Made by a program: the position numbers and the translations under genes. The notes under the pieces are model-generated. The model was given only the letters and a program-made list of their open reading frames with translations, did no database searches and was not told the DNA's origin. A stretch of 64,000 bases of DNA, from contig JAHDYR010000002.1 in assembly GCA_019828565.1 (NCBI GenBank), positions 124,001-188,000 of the forward strand, read 5' to 3'. Below are positions 45,991 to 57,800 of the stretch, in pieces. The DNA comes from Carpediemonas membranifera BICM. Its lineage: Eukaryota; Protista; Fornicata. Numbering within the stretch: position 1 is the first letter of the stretch; every line of letters starts with the position of its first letter.

Positions 45991-46509
45991 CTACATCTCG
46001 ACGTCGGCCTCCTCGCCGGGAAGATGAATGTCAGACACGTCAGGCAGGGTGATGCCCGTCTTCTCGAGAAGGGAGGCGAGTTTCTCGTCGCCGGTTGGCT
46101 CCTTCTGGATGCCTTGCTTGGCTGCACGAGTCTCGGCGAGGTTTTCGGCAAACTCGTTGAGTTCGGGGAGCATGAATTCAAGCTCAAGCTCTTTCAAGAC
46201 GTTAAGGATGTGCTCAGGCTTCATCGTTTTGACCTTTGCGGGCATGGCATCTTGAGCCCTGTGTGAAAGAGACGAATGTAGCAAACATGATACCGAGATA
46301 GGAGACGAACATGAATGAAGCGCGGTGGAGAGCAAGAGACGCATCTTTCTGGAGGTTGGTCCCCTCTGGAAGGCATGGTTTCACGAGATGCTTGGTAACT
46401 GTCTATGTAAGATAGTTCAGGGGATAAAACAGACAGCAAGAGGATATTCACGCATCTTGGCGGCACTGTCGGCCGTCTTTGTTGCTTCAGCTCCCTTTTC
46501 TGCCGACAT
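45991..46509 (-). CDS. H2B-like histone-fold protein (Dpb4/POLE3/CHRAC17-NC2beta family), 3 exons, introns 46403-46434 and 46259-46286
   Basis: Spliced product reads YPLATVTKHLVKPCLPEGTNLQKDASLALHRASFMFVSYLGIMAQDAMPAKVKTMKPEHILNVLKELEL, matching the Dpb4/POLE3 pattern LPxGxNxxKDAxxAxxRxxxxFV. Confidence 0.78.
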
Positions 46510-46592
46510 TCGAGAATCTCGTTCGCGCAGAATAGCGCCCGTCGAAAAACGCTCGATTTCCATCTCTTTACCTGTCCAACGTCTCCAAACAC

Positions 46593-48560
46593 TCACCCAA
46601 ACACCTTGGCGAAGTCCTTATTCGTCAACGCTCCCTTGTTCCCCAGATCGATCACAGTCTTCGGCCTTCCAGCTCCGGCCTTCTTCACAGTCCTGCGGTC
46701 CTCGTACTGCATCACCACACAGTCCTTCCACCCCAGCTTGACAGTCTGCCCGAGCGCTGCATCCCGACTCTCGGTCGAGTCGAAATGGATAAACGCCTGC
46801 CCAATGTGATCTGGAACATAATCGGGTTGGTCGTGCTTGTGCGGCTTAGTAGGAATGCTGACCGCGGTCACATTAGCCAGGGTAGACTTGATAGTCGCCT
46901 TCATATCGTCTATGGGCACATGTTTGGCTGGCGGCAGGCCCTTGACGAGTGCCATCACCGCCGAATCTCTGGGCGCGTGCTTGTACTCTGGCCTGCCGCT
47001 AGTGTCGCCACGATCTCTACCCGCCCCGACCCGCTTCCCTTCCCTTCTCTCACCGTGCACTGACTCGGCCCATGCTTTCCGCTTTCCCGGCCCAGTTCGC
47101 TTGGGTCGAGCGAGGTAGTCGGGAAGCTTGACTGTACTCAGAGTCAAACCACACACGTTGACTCCGGAAAGCTCTTTTCCGGCAACCATTAGTGCTGTCG
47201 ACCCAGTCATTGCGGTCCGATAAATCTCTAGGGGCGCCTTGGTGCCGGCGAGTGCTTGGAAAACGGCAGCAAGTTGAGATCGCATGCGGTGGGTGATTAG
47301 GTGGGTCACAATGTTCTTGAGATTGTTCCAGGATTCGGCTTTGACCAAAAGAGAAGTCAGATCGACCCAGAATCCAGGATCGCCGGCCACAATCTTGGAC
47401 TGAGCTGCCTTCAAAGCAGTTGTCAGAGCTTCCTCGAGATGACCAGTCGACTCATGAATGCGGATCACAACGCGATACACGTGAGACTGACGGTCTTTGT
47501 CAGTCAAAGATTCGATCGACTTATTACACTCAGCCTTGAGCTCATCAAATGTCATTATCCCAGAGTGGAACTTGTGAGCAACGGTGTGAAGCCAAGAAGC
47601 GAGGGCATTGTCCTTCCATGAGTCTGGTTTGGTGGGGGAAACATCGGGGGTAGAGTCTGCAAAGCAAGTGACGAAGGTATCGTTGCGAATCTGTTTCAGT
47701 CTATCTAAAATCGGATCCAGTTCCTCTCCCTTCTCAGATGCATAAGCGATACGACTCGACCACAAAATAACCGACTCTGGGCATTCGGCGACACTTCTCT
47801 CGAGCACTCCTCTAGCATCAGCCCCGCTTGCCCACAATGTTAGGGCATAGTCGAGGAAAGACTCTTGGAGGGAATGAAGGACCAGATCTTTCATCTTACG
47901 ATTAGGAGCGGCAGTGTAGTCTGCTTCCTGGACCTCTATGGCTGCCTGGAACTTGGCGGCGGCAGTGTCCAGCTTGTGTGGCTTTGGAATGGACGACTCT
48001 CCGAGGGGGACGTTTGATTGCTGGGCGTAGGCCTTGAGTTCGAGTATCAGCTCATCTCTGTATGTCAGCGGGCCTCTCATCTGCTCTATGTAGCTGTCTA
48101 CTACCGACTGCGTCTCGTCCAGCATAAGCATTCGGGCCATCGTCCAAAGTGTCCTTCCTTGTGTAGGTTCGTGGGCCCATGGGGAGCGCAGCATAGTCTT
48201 ACGGAGGTCCGAGCGCATTACTGAGCTGTAGTCCTCCTCTTCTGTGAGAATGGTAGGGAAATCGGCGTCGTCTTCGAGGATGGGCAGCAGACTGGTGAAA
48301 TCGAATGGGGCGCCCATCAAATCAACAACCTTGAACTCCAGAAACTGGCGACAGACCGTAGGGCATGGATACTCGCGCATAGCGGTGGCGAAATATTCAG
48401 CACAAGCGGTCATTTTCTCTTCAACTAAAGAAATGGTCGCTTCATCGGGCTGCTCGTCTCCGGTGCTGGCTAGGATGTTTTGAGCTTCATTCACGGCCAC
48501 CATGAGCCGATCTGGCCATGTAGTATACACGTTAGGACCTTCTTTTTCCTGTTCTGCCAT
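46593..48560 (-). CDS. SART3: SART3/Prp24-like U4/U6 recycling factor
   Basis: HAT-like repeats (VLERSVAECPESVILW), C-terminal RRM (LVKGLP, GQAFIHF), terminal Lsm-interaction motif LTNKDFAKVF. Confidence 0.78.
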   Translation of the reverse strand: MAEQEKEGPNVYTTWPDRLMVAVNEAQNILASTGDEQPDEATISLVEEKMTACAEYFATAMREYPCPTVCRQFLEFKVVDLMGAPFDFTSLLPILEDDADFPTILTEEEDYSSVMRSDLRKTMLRSPWAHEPTQGRTLWTMARMLMLDETQSVVDSYIEQMRGPLTYRDELILELKAYAQQSNVPLGESSIPKPHKLDTAAAKFQAAIEVQEADYTAAPNRKMKDLVLHSLQESFLDYALTLWASGADARGVLERSVAECPESVILWSSRIAYASEKGEELDPILDRLKQIRNDTFVTCFADSTPDVSPTKPDSWKDNALASWLHTVAHKFHSGIMTFDELKAECNKSIESLTDKDRQSHVYRVVIRIHESTGHLEEALTTALKAAQSKIVAGDPGFWVDLTSLLVKAESWNNLKNIVTHLITHRMRSQLAAVFQALAGTKAPLEIYRTAMTGSTALMVAGKELSGVNVCGLTLSTVKLPDYLARPKRTGPGKRKAWAESVHGERREGKRVGAGRDRGDTSGRPEYKHAPRDSAVMALVKGLPPAKHVPIDDMKATIKSTLANVTAVSIPTKPHKHDQPDYVPDHIGQAFIHFDSTESRDAALGQTVKLGWKDCVVMQYEDRRTVKKAGAGRPKTVIDLGNKGALTNKDFAKVFG

Positions 48561-48676
48561 CCTTGCTTTCTGTCGTCCCACATACATAGGTACATAACCC
48601 CACATAAATCGCTCAAACTCACTCTCAACCCACCGCTCACAGCAAATGTGTTTACGCAAACAAACAGTGTCAAAAA

Positions 48677-50104
48677 CTAAACGAGAGACTCTTCAGGAGA
48701 GATCCCGAGGAGCGCGGTCTCCATCTCCCCATCCTCCGTACATATTGATTCCATATCAGAGTCCATATCAGATATAAATCGGATCTGCAGCCTGCCCCCG
48801 GAAAAAATAAAGTAGACTGCGCACAAGGCGAGCATAAACATGCCTCCGCCAATGATGCAAATGTAAAGCAGCTGAGGCAAGATTTTCATGGCAAACCCAA
48901 GACAAAACGGGATCATCACACCGCCAAGCTGGGTACAGAACAGGTACAGTGTCGTTGCGGGGCCGTACATGCTTGCTGGATACCCAGACCCAACCCACAC
49001 GACGGGAAGGGAATAAGAACCCATCACAGCCGCCCCGTAGAGTACCATGGCCCCGTGTAGTATGTGATCTATGATCTCATGTGCTACATACCATTGTATA
49101 CCTTTTGAGGGGAAATGGTGGGTGGTGGTGAGAAAGAGGAGGTAGTAGCCAAGCATAATAAGGGCGGAAGAGAATATTAGGATGAGGAGGACGGAGAAGA
49201 GCATGTTTCTGGTGCCAATAACCTTGAGAATGATCGAATAGGGGATTTGGAAAATGATGTTCCCAATGAGCATAACAGAGAGAAGCTGCCCCGCGACAGC
49301 TTGGGTCAACCCCATGTCAAGCGAGTATGCAATCATGAGATTATCGTGAATAACATGGATTCCTCCGAAAAACACGGCTACAAATGGGAAAAGCGGACAT
49401 AGTTTCAAGGCGGACCACACGCCCCGGAAAGAAATCGGACTAGATTCCGAATCAGGTGCTGTGGACGCCACTAAGGTGAGTATAACCGGGTTGAGAGAGC
49501 CACATATGGCGCATATGAGGTAGACGGGGAAATGGAGAGGGTTGAAGATGGATAGCAGAAGAGGGCCGAGGGCAAGGCCGGTACCAAGGAGGGTGGTATA
49601 TAGGCCGATGCACATAGCTCGGTACTTCTCGTTGTGGATAGTGTTGAGCCAAATTTCGGCAACAACCCAGGGAATGGAGGAAATGAAGCCAAAGAGGCAG
49701 TAAATGAGTAACCAGACGAAAATATGGCCAATGGTGAAGTAGAGTGCGATGATAAGAACTACGTCGACCATGACGGCGGCGAAATAGGTCGGGAACGTTC
49801 CGAAACGAGACATAACGCGCACCCCAAGGACTGAGCCAGTCATCATAGCGAGGCTGTTAAGAGCCGAAAAAACACCGACAACGAGGTCTGATCGCTTGCC
49901 CATTGCATCTGATTTCAAAACAATGGTCACGATCGGGTATATAAGGCCCAAACAGATGGAAATGGAAAAAATCGAAAGAGCAAAGACGCCAGCAAATGAA
50001 AAGTGCTGTAGGCGAGTAAGATATGACTTCTTTGATAAAGAATCGCTCACAGACCCTTGTTTAGCTTCTAATGGAGCCATATCATATGGTGCTATGCTGT
50101 GCAT
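48677..50104 (-). CDS. MFS transporter (YcaD-like)
   Basis: About 12 hydrophobic segments and AEIWLN...RAMCIGLY...GLALGP. The first residues of ORF 48677..50152 come from the LTR, so the native ATG is probably 50104. Confidence 0.8.
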   Translation of the reverse strand: MHSIAPYDMAPLEAKQGSVSDSLSKKSYLTRLQHFSFAGVFALSIFSISICLGLIYPIVTIVLKSDAMGKRSDLVVGVFSALNSLAMMTGSVLGVRVMSRFGTFPTYFAAVMVDVVLIIALYFTIGHIFVWLLIYCLFGFISSIPWVVAEIWLNTIHNEKYRAMCIGLYTTLLGTGLALGPLLLSIFNPLHFPVYLICAICGSLNPVILTLVASTAPDSESSPISFRGVWSALKLCPLFPFVAVFFGGIHVIHDNLMIAYSLDMGLTQAVAGQLLSVMLIGNIIFQIPYSIILKVIGTRNMLFSVLLILIFSSALIMLGYYLLFLTTTHHFPSKGIQWYVAHEIIDHILHGAMVLYGAAVMGSYSLPVVWVGSGYPASMYGPATTLYLFCTQLGGVMIPFCLGFAMKILPQLLYICIIGGGMFMLALCAVYFIFSGGRLQIRFISDMDSDMESICTEDGEMETALLGISPEESLV

Positions 50105-50121
50105 TTTAACGTAATGTGTTT

Positions 50122-53100
50122 TGATGCATTCAAATCCCCTAGTTTGGACCATTTACACCACCACGGGTCTAAACCTCCTCAGTAAACACATTGTTTGACC
50201 CTTCAATAGCACAGTAATTACTACGCATGAAGGAGGATGACGATGACGACGACCCAAAAGGGACTTACCCGAAGTATCTCCGGCACACTGCAGCCGACTG
50301 GGTGAGGTTCCGCATGAGCTACGCACTCTATGCTGAAGATGAGGTCAAGCCGAAGACCCTCTTCGAGTGCATCGACGCGAAAGTGAGAACAAGTATCAAG
50401 GACGCATACCAAGCTCTGGAGGACGACGAAAGCTCCGATGACAGCTCTGACAGCTCGAGTGAAGACGACGAGGAGATGTTCAGCGCCAACGAGGGTAGCG
50501 ACAGCAGCAGGGGCGGCGAAGACGCGCACGCCCAGAGCGACTCCGAGGATGACGCCCGGAGCACACTCATCGCTAACCCGGCCCGGAAGAAGAAGACAAG
50601 CGGCAAGACGACCGCCCGGGACGACGCTTTGCTCCGGTACATCATGGCTCAAGACCAAGAGAAGAAGGAGGCGAAGACAACGAGGAGGAAGCGCGATGAG
50701 CGCTGGGTGGTGATGGCTGAGGCCACACTAACCAATATCAGTCTTCAGCGCGCGTACCGCGAGCTTCGCAAGCTCCGTGAGACCTCTTTCACCCGTTACC
50801 GCCATGTGTTCACGGATATGGTAGATCTGTTCGAGAAGGTCGGATCCCTGGATGCTAGAGAGCTCCAGGAGATCGTTCTGGCGAGCCTCGATGACGAGAC
50901 GATCGCATCGTCTCTTCGCTCTGTTGTTCTTTCCAAGTCAACAGTCGCGAAGTCGTTGAAGGTCATAGCAAAGTACCTACGGGCCCGAACAGATGCCATG
51001 CGAGAGTTTGACCTGGTGCCGAGCAGCCGGCTCGCGGCCCTACAGAAGCAGCTCGAGTCACTGCAGAGCAAGCCGAGAGAGGAGCGGAAGATACCAGCGA
51101 GGACGGGAGAGCGCAGACGCAATGACGGCGCGGCCGAGGGGGCCAAGCCTGAGCGGCGGCAAGGGGGCCGCGGCTGCTTCAACTGCGGCGAAAAGGGTCA
51201 CGACTCGGCCGACTGCCCACACGAGGAGCCGAAGTGCTTCAGGTGCGGCGAGTTCGGCCACAAGTCGCACCAGTGCACAGTTGTAAAGCCATCTGAGTAT
51301 CCTTTCTGTTTTATGTTAGCGTCCAAGACTATCTGGCAGGAGAAGGCCAGTCTGCTGGGCGAAGAGTTGATCGTCCGCATGGACACCTGCTCCTCGTTCA
51401 GCGTCGTGCCGAGGGACTGGGCCGTCGAGAAGGGACTGAAGATCGCCACGCGGGGCGAGACAGTCCGCTTGGCTGACGAGTCGATGAGGAGGGTCTACCG
51501 AGTGTTGTCAGATGTGCCGATCACCCTCCACCTCGACAGAGAGGTCACCGCGACGCCGACCTGGTATGCGATGGACAAGGCCGAGTCGTTCCTCATCAAC
51601 ATGGAGGTGATTGACTCCCTCGGCCTAATCAACCGCAACCTTGACACCGAAGCAGACCCCATCCAGGTCATCTCCAAGCTCACAGAGGACTGGGCCGAGA
51701 GATACAGCGACTGCTTCGGCGATGCAGGCGAACCAGCAGACCTTAAGCCGTTCAAGGTCACGCTGAAGAAGGACGCCCGACCCTACTTCCGTCTGCCCCG
51801 AAGGTTCCCAAGACAGGTGGAGGATGAACTCCGGTCAGAGATGCAGAAGCTGGAGGAAAGCGGGATCATCATCCCAACCAAGTCTCCCTGGAGCAGCTCA
51901 GTGGTCATGGTGCGGAAGAAGGCCGGGACGTGGCGGCCGTGCATGGACTACTCGCCACTGAACGAGCTCCTGGCGTCCATGACTCAGCACGACTTGCCGT
52001 CGACGGAAGAGCTGATCGAGAGGCTGAGGGGCAACAAGTACTTCGCAGCACTTGACCTCAGCAAGGCCTTCCATCAGGTCCCGGTGCACCCCGACACACA
52101 GGAGTACCTGGCGTTCACGTACTCCAAGGGGCACTATACCTACACTACGATGCCGTTCGGCCTTGCCACCGCGGCTGGCCATATGCAAGAGGCCTTAGAG
52201 GAGGCTTTCGCGGACATGCTGGGCACGGCGTGTCTTGTGTACGTGGACGACATCATCGTCTATGGGTCGACCTGGGAAGAGTACCAGGCGAACCTGATGC
52301 GGGTGATGGACCGGGTGCGAGAGAAGAAGCTGAAGCTCAACAAGAACAAGTGCTTTTTCGGGTTGACGGAGGTGGAGTACCTCGGATGGATAGTGTCGGC
52401 GGAGGGAAAGCGCATCCCCCATGGCGCGTCCAGGGTGTCCAGGAGCTGCCCGACCCGACAAACGTGAGTGACGTCAGGTCCACATTGGGCATCTTCAACT
52501 TCTTCTCCCAGTTCATCCCCGGCTACGCGGACATCACCGAGCCGATCCGCAAGCTGGAGATCAAGGGCCAGACGTTCGTGTGGGGCGACCCCCCAGAGAG
52601 AGGCGTTCAAGAGACTGAAGAAGATCGTCACCTCCCCCACACTGTTGGTCACACCGGGCCCTGACGACCGCCTACAGCTGTTCACCGACGCGTCCGACAC
52701 CGGTGTCGGCGCAGTGCTGGTCAGAGTCGAGGACGACGGGTCGAAGCGACCTGTGATGTTCTTCTCCAAGGCCCTGACAGCAAGCCAGCGCAAGTGGAGC
52801 ACCTACCGCAAGGAGGCATTCGCCATCATAGCGGCCACGAGGAAGATGAGACGGTTCCTAGCCACAAGGGAGTTTGAGATGTTCACGGACCACCGTAACC
52901 TCGTGTACACGTGGGGCAACGTCGACCCCATGGTGCAGCGCTGGGCACTTGAGCTGGGCAACCTCAAGTTCAGCATCACCCACGTGCCTGGTAAGTCTAA
53001 TACGGTCGCGGACGGCCTGTCCAGAATGCCCCGCGCAGAAGCCGAGAGCCTGACACCAGAGCAGCAGGGTGCGATCGTGTCCGTGATGTGTGCAGTCGAC

Positions 53101-54766
53101 GCAGCGGAGGAAGAGTCGGAAGAAGTCGCCGCCGACGAGCCGAGAGTTCGGTTCCGCGAAGAGGCGGCAGGACAGCCTGACCGCGAGCGCGACGAGGCAG
53201 ACGAAAGCGACACCGAGGAAGCAGCCGGGACAGACGAGGGCGACACCCTTGACGCCGAGCCCGAAGAGGAGGGCACGTTCCCGGCCATACCCGAGTCCCA
53301 GAAGCTGCCACGCTTCAAGTCCGTTCACGGACCTGGCACCGGTCACCACGGGGTTGACCAGACGCTGTGGAAGCTCGAGGATAAGGGATTGCGCTGGGAC
53401 ACTGCGGACACGGACGTCCAGAGGATGGTTAAGGAGTGCCCCGTGTGCCAGAAGAACGCCGAACACCGGTCACGCGAGCAATATCAGGAGCAGCTGCGCA
53501 TGCCAGCGTCGCCGTTCAGTCGCGTGTTCGCCGACACCATCAACATGGCAGAGGCAGACCAGGGTTACCGGTACATCCTGGTGCTGGTGGAGGAGTCGAC
53601 GAGGTGGGTCACCCTGTGCCCACTGAAGACGGTGACCTCCGCCGCCACCATCAGAGCAATCAGGGAAAGATACCTCACACACTTCCCGCCCCCGGTCGAG
53701 TGGGTGACCGATAGCGGACGGCAGTTCGACTCGAAGGAGTTCAAGTCGTTCGCGGCAGAGCTAGGCGGGGGCGCGAAGACGACCACCCCGTACCATCACG
53801 AGGAGAATGGGATCGTTGAGCGCAGGAATCGCGAAGTGAACCGCCACCTCAGGGACGAGATGCATCAGCGCGGCACGAAGCAATGGATGGGCCTACTGCC
53901 AGCGGTTCAGAACATCATCAACCAGGCTAGATCTGCCACGACAGGCACGTCACCCTGGAAGCTAGTGGTGTCCACAGAGCGGGAAGGGAAGATGACACTG
54001 TCGAACCAGGAGAGAGCCGACGTTACGGACGTCATTGACAAGATGGTCCGGAACGAGAAGATGAGAGCTCAACAGCGCAGGGACGCGGCGAAGAAGACGT
54101 ACGACGCGGCCAAGGCCAGACAGGACAAGCACAACAAGAGGACACCGACCCGTATCACAGCCAAGGCGTGGGTCATGGTCGACAGGGATGCAGAACAGAG
54201 AGGGAAGTACCAGCTACGATGGAGAGGCCCACTTCAGGTGGTCAAGAAGGCACCTGGAAACGCCAGCTCGTTCGTGATAAGGGACCCCGAGACGAACAAG
54301 ACGTATAAGAAGCACGTGAAGCATCTGAAGCTCGCAGAAGGCGACTGGGATGAGGAGAAGGCGAAGGCAGAATGCGCCAAGGACCGTATGCACACGTATA
54401 TCAAAGAGATCGTCACGCACAGGATCAAGAAGGACGTGATGAAGACGCCAGAGGTGAAGGTGCGCTGGTTAGGATACGAACCAGCAGACGACACGTGGAG
54501 AAACCCAACAGACGAGGATATGAGAGGCAATGCGATACTTCAGCAGTACCTGCAGGTGAATACACCCCTAGAGGAAGCCATGAAGCGGTTTGATGATTTG
54601 AAGCTCAGAATGTCGGCCCGCCAATCAAATGGCACTCGGCAGGATTAGACATCGCATTGAAGGAGGGGGGGTAGTGATGCATTCAAATCCCCTAGTTTGG
54701 ACCATTTACACCACCACGGGTCTAAACCTCCTCAGTAAACACATTGTTTGACCCTTCAATAGCACA
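50122..54766 (+). mobile_element. Full-length Ty3/gypsy chromodomain retrotransposon, 4645 bp; identical 92-bp LTRs (50122-50213, 54675-54766); TSD TGTTT
   Basis: Gag with two CCHC knuckles, PR MDTCSS, RT YVDD, RNaseH FTDASD, IN (HHCC, ADTIN, TDSG, NGIVER), chromodomain VRWLGY..DDTW, PPT GAAGGAGGGGGGGTAG; frameshifts near 52420 and 52590. Confidence 0.95.
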
Positions 54767-54834
54767 TGTTTACTGTGGCATTTAGAGGGTTTATGAATTT
54801 ACTCGATTGTATGTAAACATGTACATACCATTAT

Positions 54835-57800
54835 TCAGCCATTGCGGGGCGCCAAAGCGCCTCCACTCTGACTCCGCTGGATGGCGGCGGTGGGAGGGGG
54901 TGGGGGGAGATGTGGAGGATTGATCACGGACGTGGCCAGATGGAGCAGGCGGTGTGCCTTGCGGAGCTCGAATGACTTCTTCAGTAGCCAGCCCATCAGT
55001 GCGATCGCGAGAACCGACCGAGCTCGGCGGTCAGTAAAGCATTCTGCGCCGGTGATCGTGCAGATTTCCTGTCCGATTTCAACCAGACTCCTGGCGGCTG
55101 ACTCGATGTGGCTGCCGGTTGGAGTGAGTGCGACGACGATGACGTCAACATTGTAGTCGGCGTACTGGTCCTTCTTCTTCTGGATGAATGAGTCCGAGTC
55201 AGACTTGCCGACTGTGACCTCAATCACTAGAGGACGGCCTTTCCGGAGCAGAGGCTCATTAATCAGGATATCTGCGCGTGCCTGCGTGATCTTACTTGCC
55301 TGATCAGCGATTGCTTGCGGAATAGGCCTGTTTGCTTTCTGCAGGCGTTCCATTTCGTCGTATGCAACCTTTGCTCGGTACTTCTCGTCCTTTAGGAGCC
55401 CATCATCAAGGGGTTCCTCATGAAGGACCTCTGTCGAGGTCGTGCTAAGCAGCTGTACGATTCCGTGTTTCACCAAGTCGTGGCGGTGCAAAAGGTTCCT
55501 CTTCCGCTGAGGGAACCAGCGCTTCGCGCTACAGAGCATGGCATGGTCTTCCCACGTGCCTCTAGTTACACCTTTGCCGCAGAAGGGGCAGAAGAGTGCC
55601 GTGTTCCCGTCCTGGAGGCGCCGTGCCACTGGGCTGGGGAGCCCCGAGATCATGCCAACCCCGAGGACCGCCCTATAGGCTGCTATCACCGGTCGTGCTG
55701 TCGCGTACTGGTCGTCTACCGCCGTGTTGAGGCAGGCCGCCAGCAGTTCGCCGTACGGAATCCTCGACGTCCTGTGACGGGCGCGGTATATGTGCTCGGA
55801 GAAAACGCACTGCGGCCGGTCCGCCTTAGGCATCATGAGTTCCGGGTCCGAGCCTGCCATGTGGGGGATGGGCGGGACTGTGTCGCAGACAGGGGTGTAT
55901 CCAGGGCCGCCCATGCGTATGAGATCACTCCTGGCGCCAAGGTATGCTGCCACCCAGTGGTCGAGTGGGTGCCTGAAGCCCCAGCCGTTGTCACTCGGCT
56001 TCTGCCACAGTGCATCTAACCTCGCGCTCTCCCAGCCGGCTGGGGAGTTCGCTATGACCCTCGCCACCTCGATGAGGCTGGCTTCTAACCTCTCAGCGAT
56101 GGCTACATTCGGTGCGTTCGTCCTGAGCATGAAATTCAGGTCCGCGCTGATGCATTTGCGGATGATGTGCAGACACATCCAGGACACCTGGTTTTTCGCG
56201 TGCCCCGTCGACTGCTCGATAATTCCACACAGCCAGCTGAGCTCGTCAATAACCTTCTCAGCCGTAACCTGCACCGCTGTAACGCGGCTCGTGGTCGGGC
56301 CGATGGTCACCCCGAGGTATTCCCACGCATGTACGAATGGGTGGCCTGCGTCGTGTACGTCCGGGTGGGCGAGGATCACCGTCTTCGCCATGTTCAGGCG
56401 GAGACCATACTTCGACGCGATGCGCGTGAGCGTGGCGATCTCAGCCGTGGCGTCGCCAGCCGTGCTGTGGATACTGGCGACATCATCCAGGTACGCAAAG
56501 CGTTCATTTGGAGCCGCCTCGGTGAGCTCGTCGAGTATGCAGCGCATGACGAAGGAGAACAGCAGCGGGCCAAGAGCGTCTCCTTGGATGGTCCCGCGTT
56601 TGACGTCCACCCACCGCGCGGTCGTGCCAGCCGCGCCGTATGTCTCGTAGTAGAGGCGCGGGTCGTCGTAGAACTGGTCGACAAAGTCAGTAAGGGCCGG
56701 CGCGTACTCATGAACCATGGCCTTCATCGTGTGACGGTTCGCTTCGTTGAAGGCGTTCGTGAAGTCCGCTATGACGATATACTTCCCAGCCCGGTATGCC
56801 TTGTCGACACGGTCGATCAGTTTCTCCACGTCGCTCCGGCCGCCCAGGCCATATTGTTCCGGCAGCCAGTCCGGCAGTGCCCCGGCCGGGTCGTCCCCGC
56901 TGTCGTCTGGCTTCAGGTGCCCGAGAGCAAGCTTAGCGAGGTATTTGCCTGCGATCACGTAGAACGGTTCGTTCACCCCTATTGGCCTCAGGCTACCGTT
57001 CGGCTTTGGCAGCATCGAGAGGTATGCCTGCGTCAACGGTCTGCAGGACGACTCACCCCTCACGATGCAGGAGACAATCTCGGTCATTGCGCTGACTACC
57101 GATTTGTTGGAGTCGGCTGGCCTCAGACGTCGGGCGTTCCTCCTCGTGTCGGTGGCGAGATGCCGGCCCAGGAGCTGTAAGATGTGTTTGTTCGACCATC
57201 CTGACAGTCCCGCCGCTTTGGTGCCGTCCAGGCCGGTCATGATCTCCTCGCATTCTCGGGTCGGCAGGTCCCTCGGTAGTGTGGGCGGTGGGCTGGCCCA
57301 TTTCAGGGACTCCGCTCGAGCCACCGTTGTGCGTGGGAGGGGTACGATCTCATCAGCACGGTCTGCCGGGAAGAGCCTGTGGACCTCCGCCACTATTTGG
57401 TCCTCCGACCATGCCGACTCATGGCGTGGTGCCAGAAGCTTCCGTGATTTTCCGACCTGTCCAAGCATGAAAGAGTCCACTGCCTTCTCAACCTGTCTCC
57501 TCTGCCGGGATGCGGCGGTGCGGGGGGTGGCAGGGATGTTGCGGATTACCCGTCTGATGGCATTTCGGAAGCCGACCGCAGCGAACTTCCCGCTGTGTGG
57601 CAGGCACCTGATGAGCACTGCGACCGTCTCCATCGCGCGGTCGACGCCCTCCTGTGGGTGTCCCGCCATGAACGCTCTGAGCTGACTCAATTTCGAGGTG
57701 ATGACTGCCCTGCTGTCTGCAGACAGGTTCATGCTCCCGAGCATGCGTGCTCTACCCAGGGATCTCCCGGCCAGCGCTGTGCCTGCTGGTGCGAGCTCGC

